From an uncultured Planctomycetota bacterium (lineage in GTDB: Bacteria; Planctomycetota; Brocadiia; CAIUPP01): DNA of 64,000 nucleotides. A program made the position numbers and the translations under genes. Of the stretch, positions 15,745-24,600 are shown one piece after another (position 1 is the first letter of the stretch; every line of letters begins with the position of its first letter). The stretch covers positions 3,720-67,719 of the forward strand of contig CAIUPP010000108.1 of assembly GCA_903901045.1 (NCBI GenBank), read 5' to 3'. The notes under the pieces are model-generated. The model was not told the origin of the DNA, did not search any database, and saw nothing but the letters and a program-made list of their open reading frames with translations.

Positions 15745-15980
15745 TGGAAAGAATCAACTGGCGTGCCGTCTTGCTCGTGGCTGGCGTCATCTTCCTGCTC
15801 GCCTATCGCCGCGCTCTCGGCGAGTTGCTCTCTGAACTCCGCATCCACGAAATGTGGCGCGAATTCTGCGGAAGCATCTGGGCCATGCCATCGCTTGGCC
15901 GGTTCACCTTGATCGTTATGGTCATGGCGCTTCTCTACGTCACTGCATACTTCCTGGTCCTGAACCGGAGACAGCGATGA
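15744..15980 (+). CDS. 78-aa two-TM membrane protein
   Basis: TGATG overlap with the ATPase stop. Two hydrophobic segments. Confidence 0.55.
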   Translation: MERINWRAVLLVAGVIFLLAYRRALGELLSELRIHEMWREFCGSIWAMPSLGRFTLIVMVMALLYVTAYFLVLNRRQR

Positions 15981-16156
15981 ACTGCATGGGAACCTACGTC
16001 AATGATACGAAAGGGATAGGCGCATCGCTGGCGGGCGTACACCGCTCGTGTGCACCGCCCCCAGCAAAAGAACCGCCGCTTGGAGCGCACGAAGGCGAGC
16101 TTTTGGCGCGACGGCCCTGCCACGCCGTGAAGTGGCCGAGGAACTGTGCAGAATGA
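15977..16156 (+). CDS. possible 59-aa coupled ORF
   Basis: ATGA overlap with the 15744-15980 stop. No motif found. Confidence 0.3.
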   Translation: MNCMGTYVNDTKGIGASLAGVHRSCAPPPAKEPPLGAHEGELLARRPCHAVKWPRNCAE

Positions 16157-16244
16157 AGAATGCGGGACACGCATGCTATGCGAACTGATTTCGCAACACA
16201 CGGGAATCGTCCAAAGGCCCTCTTTAAAATGAAAGGAGGTAAGC

Positions 16245-16475
16245 ATGGGGTTCTTTGAACTCGTTGGCCTCGTCACTGCCCTCGTCTTCACCTACAGGGT
16301 TTTGCGGCGGCGTGGCCTGTCGGGGACGCGTTTGGGGCCCGAGTCCCGGACTCGCACCATCGGCCGAAGTTTGAAAACAATAGGTGGTCAAGATGAGATG
16401 TACTGGTCTTTTACACGAGGACGCCAGTACTCTTCCGGCAGACCAGTCGGGAAACGCGTTTCTGGTAAGGAGTGA
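16245..16475 (+). CDS. 76-aa protein with N-terminal TM segment and basic tail
   Basis: Strong SD (AAAGGAGGTAAGC-ATG). Confidence 0.55.
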   Translation: MGFFELVGLVTALVFTYRVLRRRGLSGTRLGPESRTRTIGRSLKTIGGQDEMYWSFTRGRQYSSGRPVGKRVSGKE

Positions 16476-16480
16476 AAGCC

Positions 16481-16702
16481 ATGCGATTAATCAGTGCTAA
16501 TGGCGAGGTACACGAAGTAGAAGAAGATGCTGACGGATATGTGGATATCGGCCGAATGCACAGTGACAGTGGATCAGCCGGACGTGCGCTGATCGTACAA
16601 CACGCCGACGGCAGTAATGAGATTCTTCCGCCAGCCGGAAAGAGTTTGGTCAGGCCCGGCGATGTCTTCGTTGACGCGCCTCGCGCCGAGCGAGGGAGAT
16701 AG
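16481..16702 (+). CDS. 73-aa ubiquitin-like (beta-grasp, ThiS/MoaD/multi-ubiquitin-like) candidate
   Basis: AAGGAG lies 8 nt before ATG 16481. The C-terminus LVRPGDVFVDAPRAERGR resembles the ThiS/MoaD/Ub last strand plus tail. Sits immediately upstream of the E2-like and JAB-E1 genes. Confidence 0.5.
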   Translation: MRLISANGEVHEVEEDADGYVDIGRMHSDSGSAGRALIVQHADGSNEILPPAGKSLVRPGDVFVDAPRAERGR

Positions 16703-16704
16703 CA

Positions 16705-17094
16705 ATGGGCTTGTGTAACAACACCATCTTGCTCCGGGACCTCAAGGAGCTTTCGATCGTGTGTAAGGTGCTGGCTTCGCGCGACTTGCGCACCGTCATT
16801 GTCGAAGATGTGCGGTTGCCTCCGGGCTGGAATCGCACACACACGCGGATGCGCATCCAGATCCCGGAGGACTATCCACTCAGTCCTCCGGGCGTGTCGT
16901 CCAGCCCAATCTTTCTTGAGACGGGCTTGCGGTATCACGGGCAGGTACCCAGAGATTATCACAAAAACTGCACGGTCGCAGAAGAGGGGTGGGCGTGGCT
17001 CTGTTACGAGAGCATTGATTGGGCGCCTAACCGGGATAACCTTATCTCTCTGCTCGAGCGGGTTCGCGCTGACCTGACGAATCCGCGGCTCTGA
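16705..17094 (+). CDS. UBC/E2-like protein (prokaryotic E2 family)
   Basis: IQIPEDYPLSPP followed by WAWLC(100)YESIDWAPNRDNLISLLERV parallels the UBC pattern YPxxPP ... C ... WxP. Confidence 0.65.
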   Translation: MGLCNNTILLRDLKELSIVCKVLASRDLRTVIVEDVRLPPGWNRTHTRMRIQIPEDYPLSPPGVSSSPIFLETGLRYHGQVPRDYHKNCTVAEEGWAWLCYESIDWAPNRDNLISLLERVRADLTNPRL

Positions 17095-17105
17095 AGGAGA
17101 CGATT

Positions 17106-18686
17106 ATGAAAACAACTGTCTTGCGCCTGACCCAAAACCAATGGGCGCAAATATGTGACTCCATTAGGAACGCCCGCCAAGTGGAACAGTTCGGCTTCTT
17201 GTTAGCCCGCCGAGCGGTTTCACATCTGGGAGAAGATATTTTCTTGGGCCAAAAGATGATCTTCGCTGAAAGAAGAGACATGGAGGTCCAGTCCGCCGGG
17301 TATGCGCGGCCAGGCCGTAAACTCCAGGGGCTGGCTTACCAGTTGGCATATAACGGGAACTTGTCCATCATTGATTTTCATACGCATACGCATTCGGGGC
17401 AGCCGCATTTCAGTTCTATTGATGACCACCACGGTCAGATGAACGCCGCCTATGTCACCGAACATTTCCCCGCACAGTGCCAGATGGGAATGGTAGTTCT
17501 CAATCAGGATGCCACGGCCTATGAGGGAAGAATATACGATCCAAAGGCGAGGCGCTTCGACACTCTGCACCGAGTCGAACTCCTTGGGTCGCCAATCTCT
17601 TGTATGCCAGCACCTGATAAGTTGACCGCTTCCGATCAGGAACTTTTCGCTCGACACAGCCTAATTGCTGGGTGGAACCAGTCCCGCCTAGCCACCATCC
17701 GTGTGGGTCTTGCAGGTTGTGGCGGAACGGGTGCTCTCATGCTGCAGGGGCTAGTGGGCATGGGCGTGGGAAGGCACGCTGGCATCATCGTTTGCGATCC
17801 AGACCGCGTGGAGAAGTCCAACCTGCCGAGACTGCCTTATGCTGAAGGCAAGGACGCCGGCCATTTCAAAGTGCGCGTCGCAAAGCTCTTCCATTATCGG
17901 CGCGACCGGCACGTCCGAATCCGTCCTTACTGCTTGGGGGTGCAGTCGTTCTGGGCTCGGGAGGCGCTCAAGACGGCGCACCTGCTCGTCGGTTGTGTGG
18001 ACTCCGAAGCGGCTCGTAGCGTTCTGATGGAACTCTCCCTCCGCTACTTGATCCCCTATCTCGATGTCGCCACAGAGATCGTTCCAGTGGGTGGCGGCAA
18101 GTATGACGCCGTCGGTCAAGTCCGCGTGGTCCTCCCTGGCAAGACTGGATGCCTTTTTTGTTGTGGTGGAATCGATACACAAGAGGTCGCCGCGGAGCGG
18201 ATGCCTCACCGTTGGCGCCGCCAGCGAGAACGGGCAGGGTATGTTCGTAATACTCAGGTCACGCCGACGCCGGCAGTCATTCATCTTAACGCGGTTCTCA
18301 CCGGCCTGGCTCTATCTCACCTGGCGAAGCTTATCCAGGGAGAGGATTTCTCCGGTCACGAGCACTTGTACTACAGCCGCAACCGCGATGCCATCATGGC
18401 TGTGGCCTGCAAACCGAATCCGGAGTGTTCTGCGTGCGGTCCTGGTGGAATTCTCGGAGCTGGAGACCCCATTGAGGAGAACCCCGGATCGGGCTCAACG
18501 GAGTTGATGGAGGTCGGCCCAACCGAATGTCCAGAAGGAGGGGACAGTGGCAAGGTTACAGACATGGAGGTCGCCCAGGTGTCGAACCATGACTCTGGAA
18601 CGGCAAAGGCCGACGATGAAACTCATCGCATGCCCTTTTGGTCGTGGCTGTGTGGGAGAAGATCGCGTATTCACAAGTTGAACTGA
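17106..18686 (+). CDS. JAB/JAMM metallopeptidase - ThiF/E1-like adenylyltransferase fusion
   Basis: AAGGAG SD. JAMM motif: E27, H94-T-H96-x7-S104-x2-D107. E1 part: GLAGCGGTG, DPDRVEKSNLPR, LLVGCVDSEAAR, and CxxC pairs C349/C352 and C441/C444. Acidic disordered tail. Confidence 0.9.
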   Translation: MKTTVLRLTQNQWAQICDSIRNARQVEQFGFLLARRAVSHLGEDIFLGQKMIFAERRDMEVQSAGYARPGRKLQGLAYQLAYNGNLSIIDFHTHTHSGQPHFSSIDDHHGQMNAAYVTEHFPAQCQMGMVVLNQDATAYEGRIYDPKARRFDTLHRVELLGSPISCMPAPDKLTASDQELFARHSLIAGWNQSRLATIRVGLAGCGGTGALMLQGLVGMGVGRHAGIIVCDPDRVEKSNLPRLPYAEGKDAGHFKVRVAKLFHYRRDRHVRIRPYCLGVQSFWAREALKTAHLLVGCVDSEAARSVLMELSLRYLIPYLDVATEIVPVGGGKYDAVGQVRVVLPGKTGCLFCCGGIDTQEVAAERMPHRWRRQRERAGYVRNTQVTPTPAVIHLNAVLTGLALSHLAKLIQGEDFSGHEHLYYSRNRDAIMAVACKPNPECSACGPGGILGAGDPIEENPGSGSTELMEVGPTECPEGGDSGKVTDMEVAQVSNHDSGTAKADDETHRMPFWSWLCGRRSRIHKLN

Positions 18687-18924
18687 CTTCACAAGACCTC
18701 ACTTGTTCGCCCGGAAAAGAGGTGAGGCTGACGACGTGGCCGACCCTTGAAAGGAGATGGACGAAAATGGCGAGTGTGAAATGTGAGAACTGCAATTGCC
18801 GGATCGGTTTCATGTCGTTCAGAAAGACCGCTTACAGCAAAACCATACTGGTCGTGCGGCCGCGATGATCCAGCCGTGAAATCCTATCGTAACTCGAAAT
18901 GTCCGAGGTCTCAATAAGCGAGGC

Positions 18925-19614
18925 ATGAATATGCCAGAGTCAACCAATGATCGAGCGCATAAGGTTGTCCTCTATGCGAGGGTCAGCACGCACGATCAGT
19001 CTGTAGACATGCAGCTCGTGGAACTCAGACGCTTCGCAGAGGCGAGAGTATGGAAGGTAGTCGGCGAGTTCGCGGACAAAGGCATCTCCGGCGCCAGAAC
19101 TTCTCGCCCGGAGTTTGACCGGATGATGAAAATGCTTAGGCGGCGCGACGCCGACGTGCTGCTCTGCTGGAAATACGACCGCGTGGGTCGGAGTACGAGC
19201 CACCTCCTCAGCATCCTGGAGGAACTGCGCGCGCTCAACGTAGGGTTCTGCTCCATGACTGAGGGCGTAGACACAACAACGCCCGCCGGCAAAATGGTCT
19301 TCACATTTCTCGCTGGCATCGCTGAGTTTGAGCGGGGCCTCACCCGGGAGCGCGTTCTGGCAGGAATCCAGAATGCCCGTGCACGCGGAGTCCGGTTTGG
19401 CAGACCGCGCGTCGGCTTTGACATTGCCGCGGCAGTGGTGTTTCGCAAGCAAGGCATGTCCATGCGGGAGGTTGCGAGAACTGTCGGCGTCAGTCCTGCC
19501 ACGGTCTTCCGCGTTCTGAAAGCACTCGAGCAATCAAGGGAGACCGCCAGCAGTGCTCCAGAAGGCGCCGCAAAAACCTGCGGCAAGGATTCTGAAACAA
19601 CGGTGCAATCATGA
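18925..19614 (+). CDS. small serine recombinase (resolvase/invertase family) with C-terminal HTH
   Basis: VVLYARVSTHDQ catalytic serine motif, DRVGRS, GRPRV, HTH (REVARTVGVSPATVFRVL). Confidence 0.9.
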   Translation: MNMPESTNDRAHKVVLYARVSTHDQSVDMQLVELRRFAEARVWKVVGEFADKGISGARTSRPEFDRMMKMLRRRDADVLLCWKYDRVGRSTSHLLSILEELRALNVGFCSMTEGVDTTTPAGKMVFTFLAGIAEFERGLTRERVLAGIQNARARGVRFGRPRVGFDIAAAVVFRKQGMSMREVARTVGVSPATVFRVLKALEQSRETASSAPEGAAKTCGKDSETTVQS

Positions 19615-19700
19615 ACGTTGGGGAAGACAAGACCCGTGAAAAGGTCTCGTCCCATACGGCGTGTGAAAAGGTGAAGGTTCTGAAACGTTGCGTGGGATGC

Positions 19701-19716
19701 CACAACTTATACAGTG
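19701..19716 (+). promoter_or_regulatory. CACAACTTATACAGTG, island-motif-like box centred 25 nt upstream of ATG 19735 with no SD
   Basis: Read directly. Confidence 0.3.
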
Positions 19717-19734
19717 GACTGAAAAGATCTCAAG

Positions 19735-20034
19735 ATGGCCGCGAACATCACACTTGCTGAATACCCACAAACGCCCTGGATGACCATTGACCAAGTGGCT
19801 GCGTATCTCTCCGTCAGCGCAGGCACGGTTCGCAATTGGGTCAGCCAGAGGTACATTCCATTCGTCCGCCGTGGCCGCGTCGTGCGGTTCCATCGCGAAA
19901 GAGTCGACCAGTGGATCAGCGCTGGCGCCTGCGCCGGACGGCGCAGGGTTCCTGCTCCCCCTCCCACCGGAGCTACGACGCTGATTTCCGAACGACAACG
20001 CTTAGGACAGGATCCGCTTTCAGCATCCGGCTGA
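19735..20034 (+). CDS. xis: excisionase/AlpA-type MerR-like HTH protein
   Basis: MTIDQVAAYLSVSAGTVRNWVSQRYIPFVRRGRVVRFHRERVDQW. The 3' end overlaps the convergent integrase by 62 nt. Confidence 0.7.
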   Translation: MAANITLAEYPQTPWMTIDQVAAYLSVSAGTVRNWVSQRYIPFVRRGRVVRFHRERVDQWISAGACAGRRRVPAPPPTGATTLISERQRLGQDPLSASG

Positions 20035-21346
20035 CCGCCTGGCGTTTCGCCTCCATGCCGAAATGCGTATACCTCTGCGTCATGTCCAGCGAGGCGTGTC
20101 CCAGGATGCTCTGCACAAGAATAGGATTCATGCCTTGTTCCTGCGCCCGCGTGGAGAAAAGATGCCTGAGCGAATGTGCTTTCGTCAGGTCCGGCCGACC
20201 GATTTTCTTCGTCAGCTTCATAAACTCCTGTCGAATTCGTTTCTCAGGAATCTGCCCCATCCCACGGAGAAACGGGAGCATCTTTCGCATGACTTCCTTT
20301 TCGTTCAAAGCCCCCTCGGTCCGCGCCTGGTCGGCCATTTCTCTCAGGTGATTGGAGAACGCCTGCGCAGAGACAAAGCGTTCCATTTCTCGCTGCTTGC
20401 CCTCCACGGATTCCCGGTTCAGAAAAATAAACCCTTCCTTCCGGCCGTCAACGCACCTCAGCAGCATCTCTTTGATCTCCGGCAGGATTGGCAGGGCGCG
20501 CTCGTCACGGGTCTTCACGTTCCAGAACATCTCCGGCTTTGAGCGAATGTGAAAAACCCCTTCCTCAAAATTGACGTCCGAGACCAGAAGATGGGTCAAT
20601 TCCCCCACCCGAAGGCCGTAAGCCGCCAGCATGAAGAAGACAGGCTTCTGCCATTCATCGCAAGCCTTGAAAAACGCCTGTTGTTCTTCAACCGACAGCA
20701 TCTCAGGCTTGCGACCATCATCTCTGCCAATCTTGTCTATCTGGACCGTGCCGAATGGATTCTCTGCATAGGGGGGCAGGTAGTGCCGTTTCCGCGCCCA
20801 ATTGAACGCCGTGCGGCACGTGCTCAAGATGAATGCAATACCGCCCGCGCGATAGGGGCGTTGCGGCCCCTTCTGACTGCCGTTACGGGTTCGAGTCAGT
20901 GCCCGCATCCATTTGATGAAGTCCTCGACAGTCCCTTGGTCGACATGGGCGGCTGTGGAAATGCCGCCTCGGGTGCGGGAGAACTCAGTAAAATGAGACA
21001 GTGCTGCGCGATATCGGTCCACCGTGCGAACGGCGAGCCGCTGCACTTTCTCGGCGTGGTCCACATATTCTTCCACCAATCTGTCAACGCCGACGTGGGT
21101 ATAGCCGAATGGAGAGGGGCGGTCTTCCTCAAGGCTTTGATTTGAGCCGCTGGCTGCCGCGCGAGCGGAATTCAGGTTACCTTCGACACGCTGCCGAATG
21201 CTTCGCCCTTTTTCCCGGTAGTAAAGATAATATGTTCGGCCGCGCTTGTAGATGGTGACGTTGCCAAGCCGCTCAACCTTGGCGTCGCGGGTATGCCCCT
21301 TCTCCGTCTGTCCTGTGTGGCCTTTGGGTAGGTGTTCTTGGGCCAT
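19973..21346 (-). CDS. int: tyrosine integrase adjacent to tRNA-Ser
   Basis: GLRVGELTHL (R), HSLRHLFST (HxxR), GHASLDMTQRYTHF (H..Y). The ATG at 21346 lies after GGAGGATATCAG. The ORF opens at 21391. Confidence 0.9.
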   Translation of the reverse strand: MAQEHLPKGHTGQTEKGHTRDAKVERLGNVTIYKRGRTYYLYYREKGRSIRQRVEGNLNSARAAASGSNQSLEEDRPSPFGYTHVGVDRLVEEYVDHAEKVQRLAVRTVDRYRAALSHFTEFSRTRGGISTAAHVDQGTVEDFIKWMRALTRTRNGSQKGPQRPYRAGGIAFILSTCRTAFNWARKRHYLPPYAENPFGTVQIDKIGRDDGRKPEMLSVEEQQAFFKACDEWQKPVFFMLAAYGLRVGELTHLLVSDVNFEEGVFHIRSKPEMFWNVKTRDERALPILPEIKEMLLRCVDGRKEGFIFLNRESVEGKQREMERFVSAQAFSNHLREMADQARTEGALNEKEVMRKMLPFLRGMGQIPEKRIRQEFMKLTKKIGRPDLTKAHSLRHLFSTRAQEQGMNPILVQSILGHASLDMTQRYTHFGMEAKRQAVSRMLKADPVLSVVVRKSAS

Positions 21347-21465
21347 CTGATATCCTCCAGTGGGTCGGAAAGTTTTCACAAATTCTTTCACAAACCGTTA
21401 CAAAGGAGGATAGCAAATGGAATAGACCTTGTCAACTCAGGGCTATTCCAATAGGTCGGCAAACA

Positions 21466-21555
<90 letters not shown>

Positions 21556-21678
21556 GCGACGCATGAAGTCACCGGCTTTTACAAGCGCCCCAGGGTCTTA
21601 TCCGCCGGTAATTTTCCAATGATACCGGCACGCCTGTTGAAAGGCAAGTCACGCCGCGAACCTTCACCGAGCGGGCCG

Positions 21679-24600
21679 TCATTTCATCGGCGTGTAGAGC
21701 GGGTCGCCGACGACGACCGCCTGCCAGGAGAGGTTCTCAATGCTCATGTAGGCGATTTCGGCCCAGGTGTAGCCGGCTTTGGTGTAGCGGTAGAGGTTGT
21801 CCACGGAGAGCGTCTCAAACGGGCCGGGGTCGTAGACGGTGCCCATCGTGGCGGTGACGCCGGCTCCCAGCGCGCCGGCAGTCCATGAGCCGCTGGCCTG
21901 GCGCAGCGTCGAGGCGCTGGAGGGGTCCAGGTCCACTGCGATGGCGCCTTTGACCCAGAAGAAGACTTCCGGGCGGTATTCGTATGCGCCCCATCCGAGA
22001 TAGAAGAAGGTGTTGTAGCCGGAGCCGATGCGGAAGAGGGGCAAGAGCGTGCGCTCCGGCGGCACGACGCGGCCAAGCAGCCGCTCCTGCCGCGAGAGCA
22101 GTTTGTAGTTGCGGAGTATCCCGGCGTTGATCCTGTCGGCGACTTTGTCTTCGATCGGATACAGGTCGAACCGGGCGAAGCCGCGCGAGCCCAGGGAGCG
22201 TTCCTCCTCGACGGTGATGGCGTCCTTGTACAGCGCGGTGGTGGTGTTGAGGGTGGGCCCGTCCAGGCGCGTCACCAGGAACATTCCGAGGACGTTCGAG
22301 TTGAAGGGCTGGTCGCGGTGGAGGTACGGGTTCGGCATGGGCCCTCCGATGGAGTACTCTCTGCCCACGAGGGCCAGTTCGGAGTCGACGGAGGCCTCGG
22401 TGCGCAGGCGGCCCCCTTCCTGAGGCTCCCCCGCCTCGGGGGCGATGCGCAATGGCACGCCGCGCGTGGTGACGATGAAGGAGATTTTCCGCGCGAGTCC
22501 CTTGTCGAACAGATAGTCGCGAATGGGGTCGCGCACGTCGCGGTTGAAGAGGGCGCGGCTGATGGTTTCCTGCGTGGAGCAGTTGATGCGGCAGAGGTTC
22601 ACTTCGGGGATGTTGCGCGCTTTGGCGTACTCCTCCCCGACGAGGCCGGATTCGGCCGATTTGTCGTTGATCACCACGAGGACCCCTTCGGGGCCGCGCA
22701 GGGAGCTTTCCGATTCGGCCAGGGCGGGGGGCTCGGCGGAGTCGTGCAGGACTTTGGTGACCCCTTTGCGGGTGGCCGCCCAGAGGTCGGGGCCGTCGAT
22801 GAAGACGCGCAGGACGTCGTTGTCGTCGAGGGGGGAGTTGTCGCGCTGGAGGTGATGACGGGTGACGCCGTCCCGGTCGAGGGCGCGCACGCCCCGGTCG
22901 GTGGCGAAGTATTCCCGCGCTTCGCCAAGGGCCAGGTCGGCGACCGTTTCTTCGGCCATGGGGGGCGGAAGCACTTTCAGCAGGCCGTCTTCGTCGACGC
23001 GGAATGCGCCATGCCGGGTGCCGCCCCAGACGGTCTTGCCGTCAAAACCCAGGCAGGTGACGCGGTCGTCGGGCAGTGCGGAGTTGTCGGTGCGCAGGGT
23101 CTCCCATACGCCGGTGGCGGGGTTGAAGGTATTCAGGCCGGTGTCGGTACCGACCCAGAGAAGACCGCGGGCAACGACGAGGGCGCGGACGGGGACGCTC
23201 AGCAATTGCCGGGTGTCGGGACGCCAGGAATTCACGCGGTCCCGGCGGTCGCTGAAATAGAGGCCGCGCGAGGTGCCGAACCACATTCCGTCGGGAGCGT
23301 CCGCCATGGCGAGAATGTCTTCACCGTGGAATCTGGCGAAGGCCTCGATGCTGACGGGCGTCCGGTCGGCGCTCCAGGCGTGCCGCCACGGCTCCAGCAG
23401 GGGCACGTCTTTGTTCATTGCGCCCGCCCCGATGGAGCCAAACCAGAGCGTGGGGCCATGAATGGCGTAACGGTCCACCATGCCGGTGATGCCCAACTGG
23501 TCGGGCCGGTACGTGGAGGCGGCAAAGGCGGCGATGCGGTTCCAGGCGAGCCAACTGTTCCGCGCGGAACGCAGGTCTCTTTCGAAGCCGTCATACGCGG
23601 CGACGGTGCCGCGCAACAGGTTCGCTTCCAATTGCGTTTCAGCCGTCCCGACCATCAGGCGGTCTCCCTTGACCAGGAGTCCCTGCACCTGGCCGGGCAG
23701 CGGAGCGGCCAGGACGGTCCAACTTCTCCCGCCGTCGCGCGTGACGTTGAGGAAGGCCATCAATGACGGGGGGTCCATCGGCACGCTCTGGACGCAGAGC
23801 ATGTTGTCGGGCCCGCGGCACATGCGCGTCACGCGGGTGGCCCAGAGGGTTTCGTCGGCGAATTTAGCCCAGGTGGCGCCGCCATTGCGCGTGCGAAACA
23901 GCCCTTCGTCGCCGGCGAGCCACAGGTCCTCTCCCACGTCGAGCAGTTGGTTTATGTGGAGGCTTTCCCTGCCCTGGACCTGAAGCGATTGCCACTTGTC
24001 CGTCTCCGGATTGCCGGAGATCAGGCGCATTTCGCCGCGGAAGTCAAAGTTGTCCACGACGGCGCCGTACATGACCCCCTGCACCAAGCAGATGGCGCGC
24101 CATTCCAGGTTACTTTGAATCGCGCGCCATTCCGGCTGCCTTTCCTGCAGCCAGGCGAGTCCATGGTCGGTGGCGGCCCAGACGTCCTTGGGACCGGCGA
24201 TGATTTCGCGGATGACCAGTCCGCGCAGGCCGGTCTCTTTGCCGAAGCGCCTCCCTCCCTCCCCCCCCTTGGTGGACAGCCAGACTCCGCCGTCGGTGCC
24301 GGCCCAGACGCGGTCTCCGTCGGCGGCGAGGCAGAGGATGAGGTTGCTGGGGAGCCCGTCGGCCACGGTCAGCGTGCGCCAGTTCTGCCCGCCGTCGCGG
24401 CTGCGGGCCAGTCCTCCGGTGGTGCCGACCCACCAGACGTCCACGCCGTCCTCCCGGGTGACGGCCATGCACAGCGCGTTGGCGCAGGTGCTGTAGCTCT
24501 GCCATTCGCCGGCGCGAGATCGGACAATGAGGCCCCCCTCGGTGGCCAGCCAGAGGCGGCTCTCGGCGGCGATGCCGGCGCGCACGGGGCAGCGAAGCCG

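Larger units (their letters stand above)
1..21465. mobile_element. composite integrative genomic island at tRNA-Ser; left boundary not found in the window
   Basis: int/xis lie next to the tRNA 3' end, with two further recombinases, replication-initiator-like and ATPase genes. By eye the GC content is lower than in 21.7-39 kb. Confidence 0.7.

Noticed and set aside
18638-18868. 76-aa ORF or internal 33-aa peptide (MASVKCENCNCRIGF...) after the JAB-E1 gene
   Set aside because: Only a CxxCxC fragment, poor SD spacing and no second zinc-ligand pair. Too weak to call.
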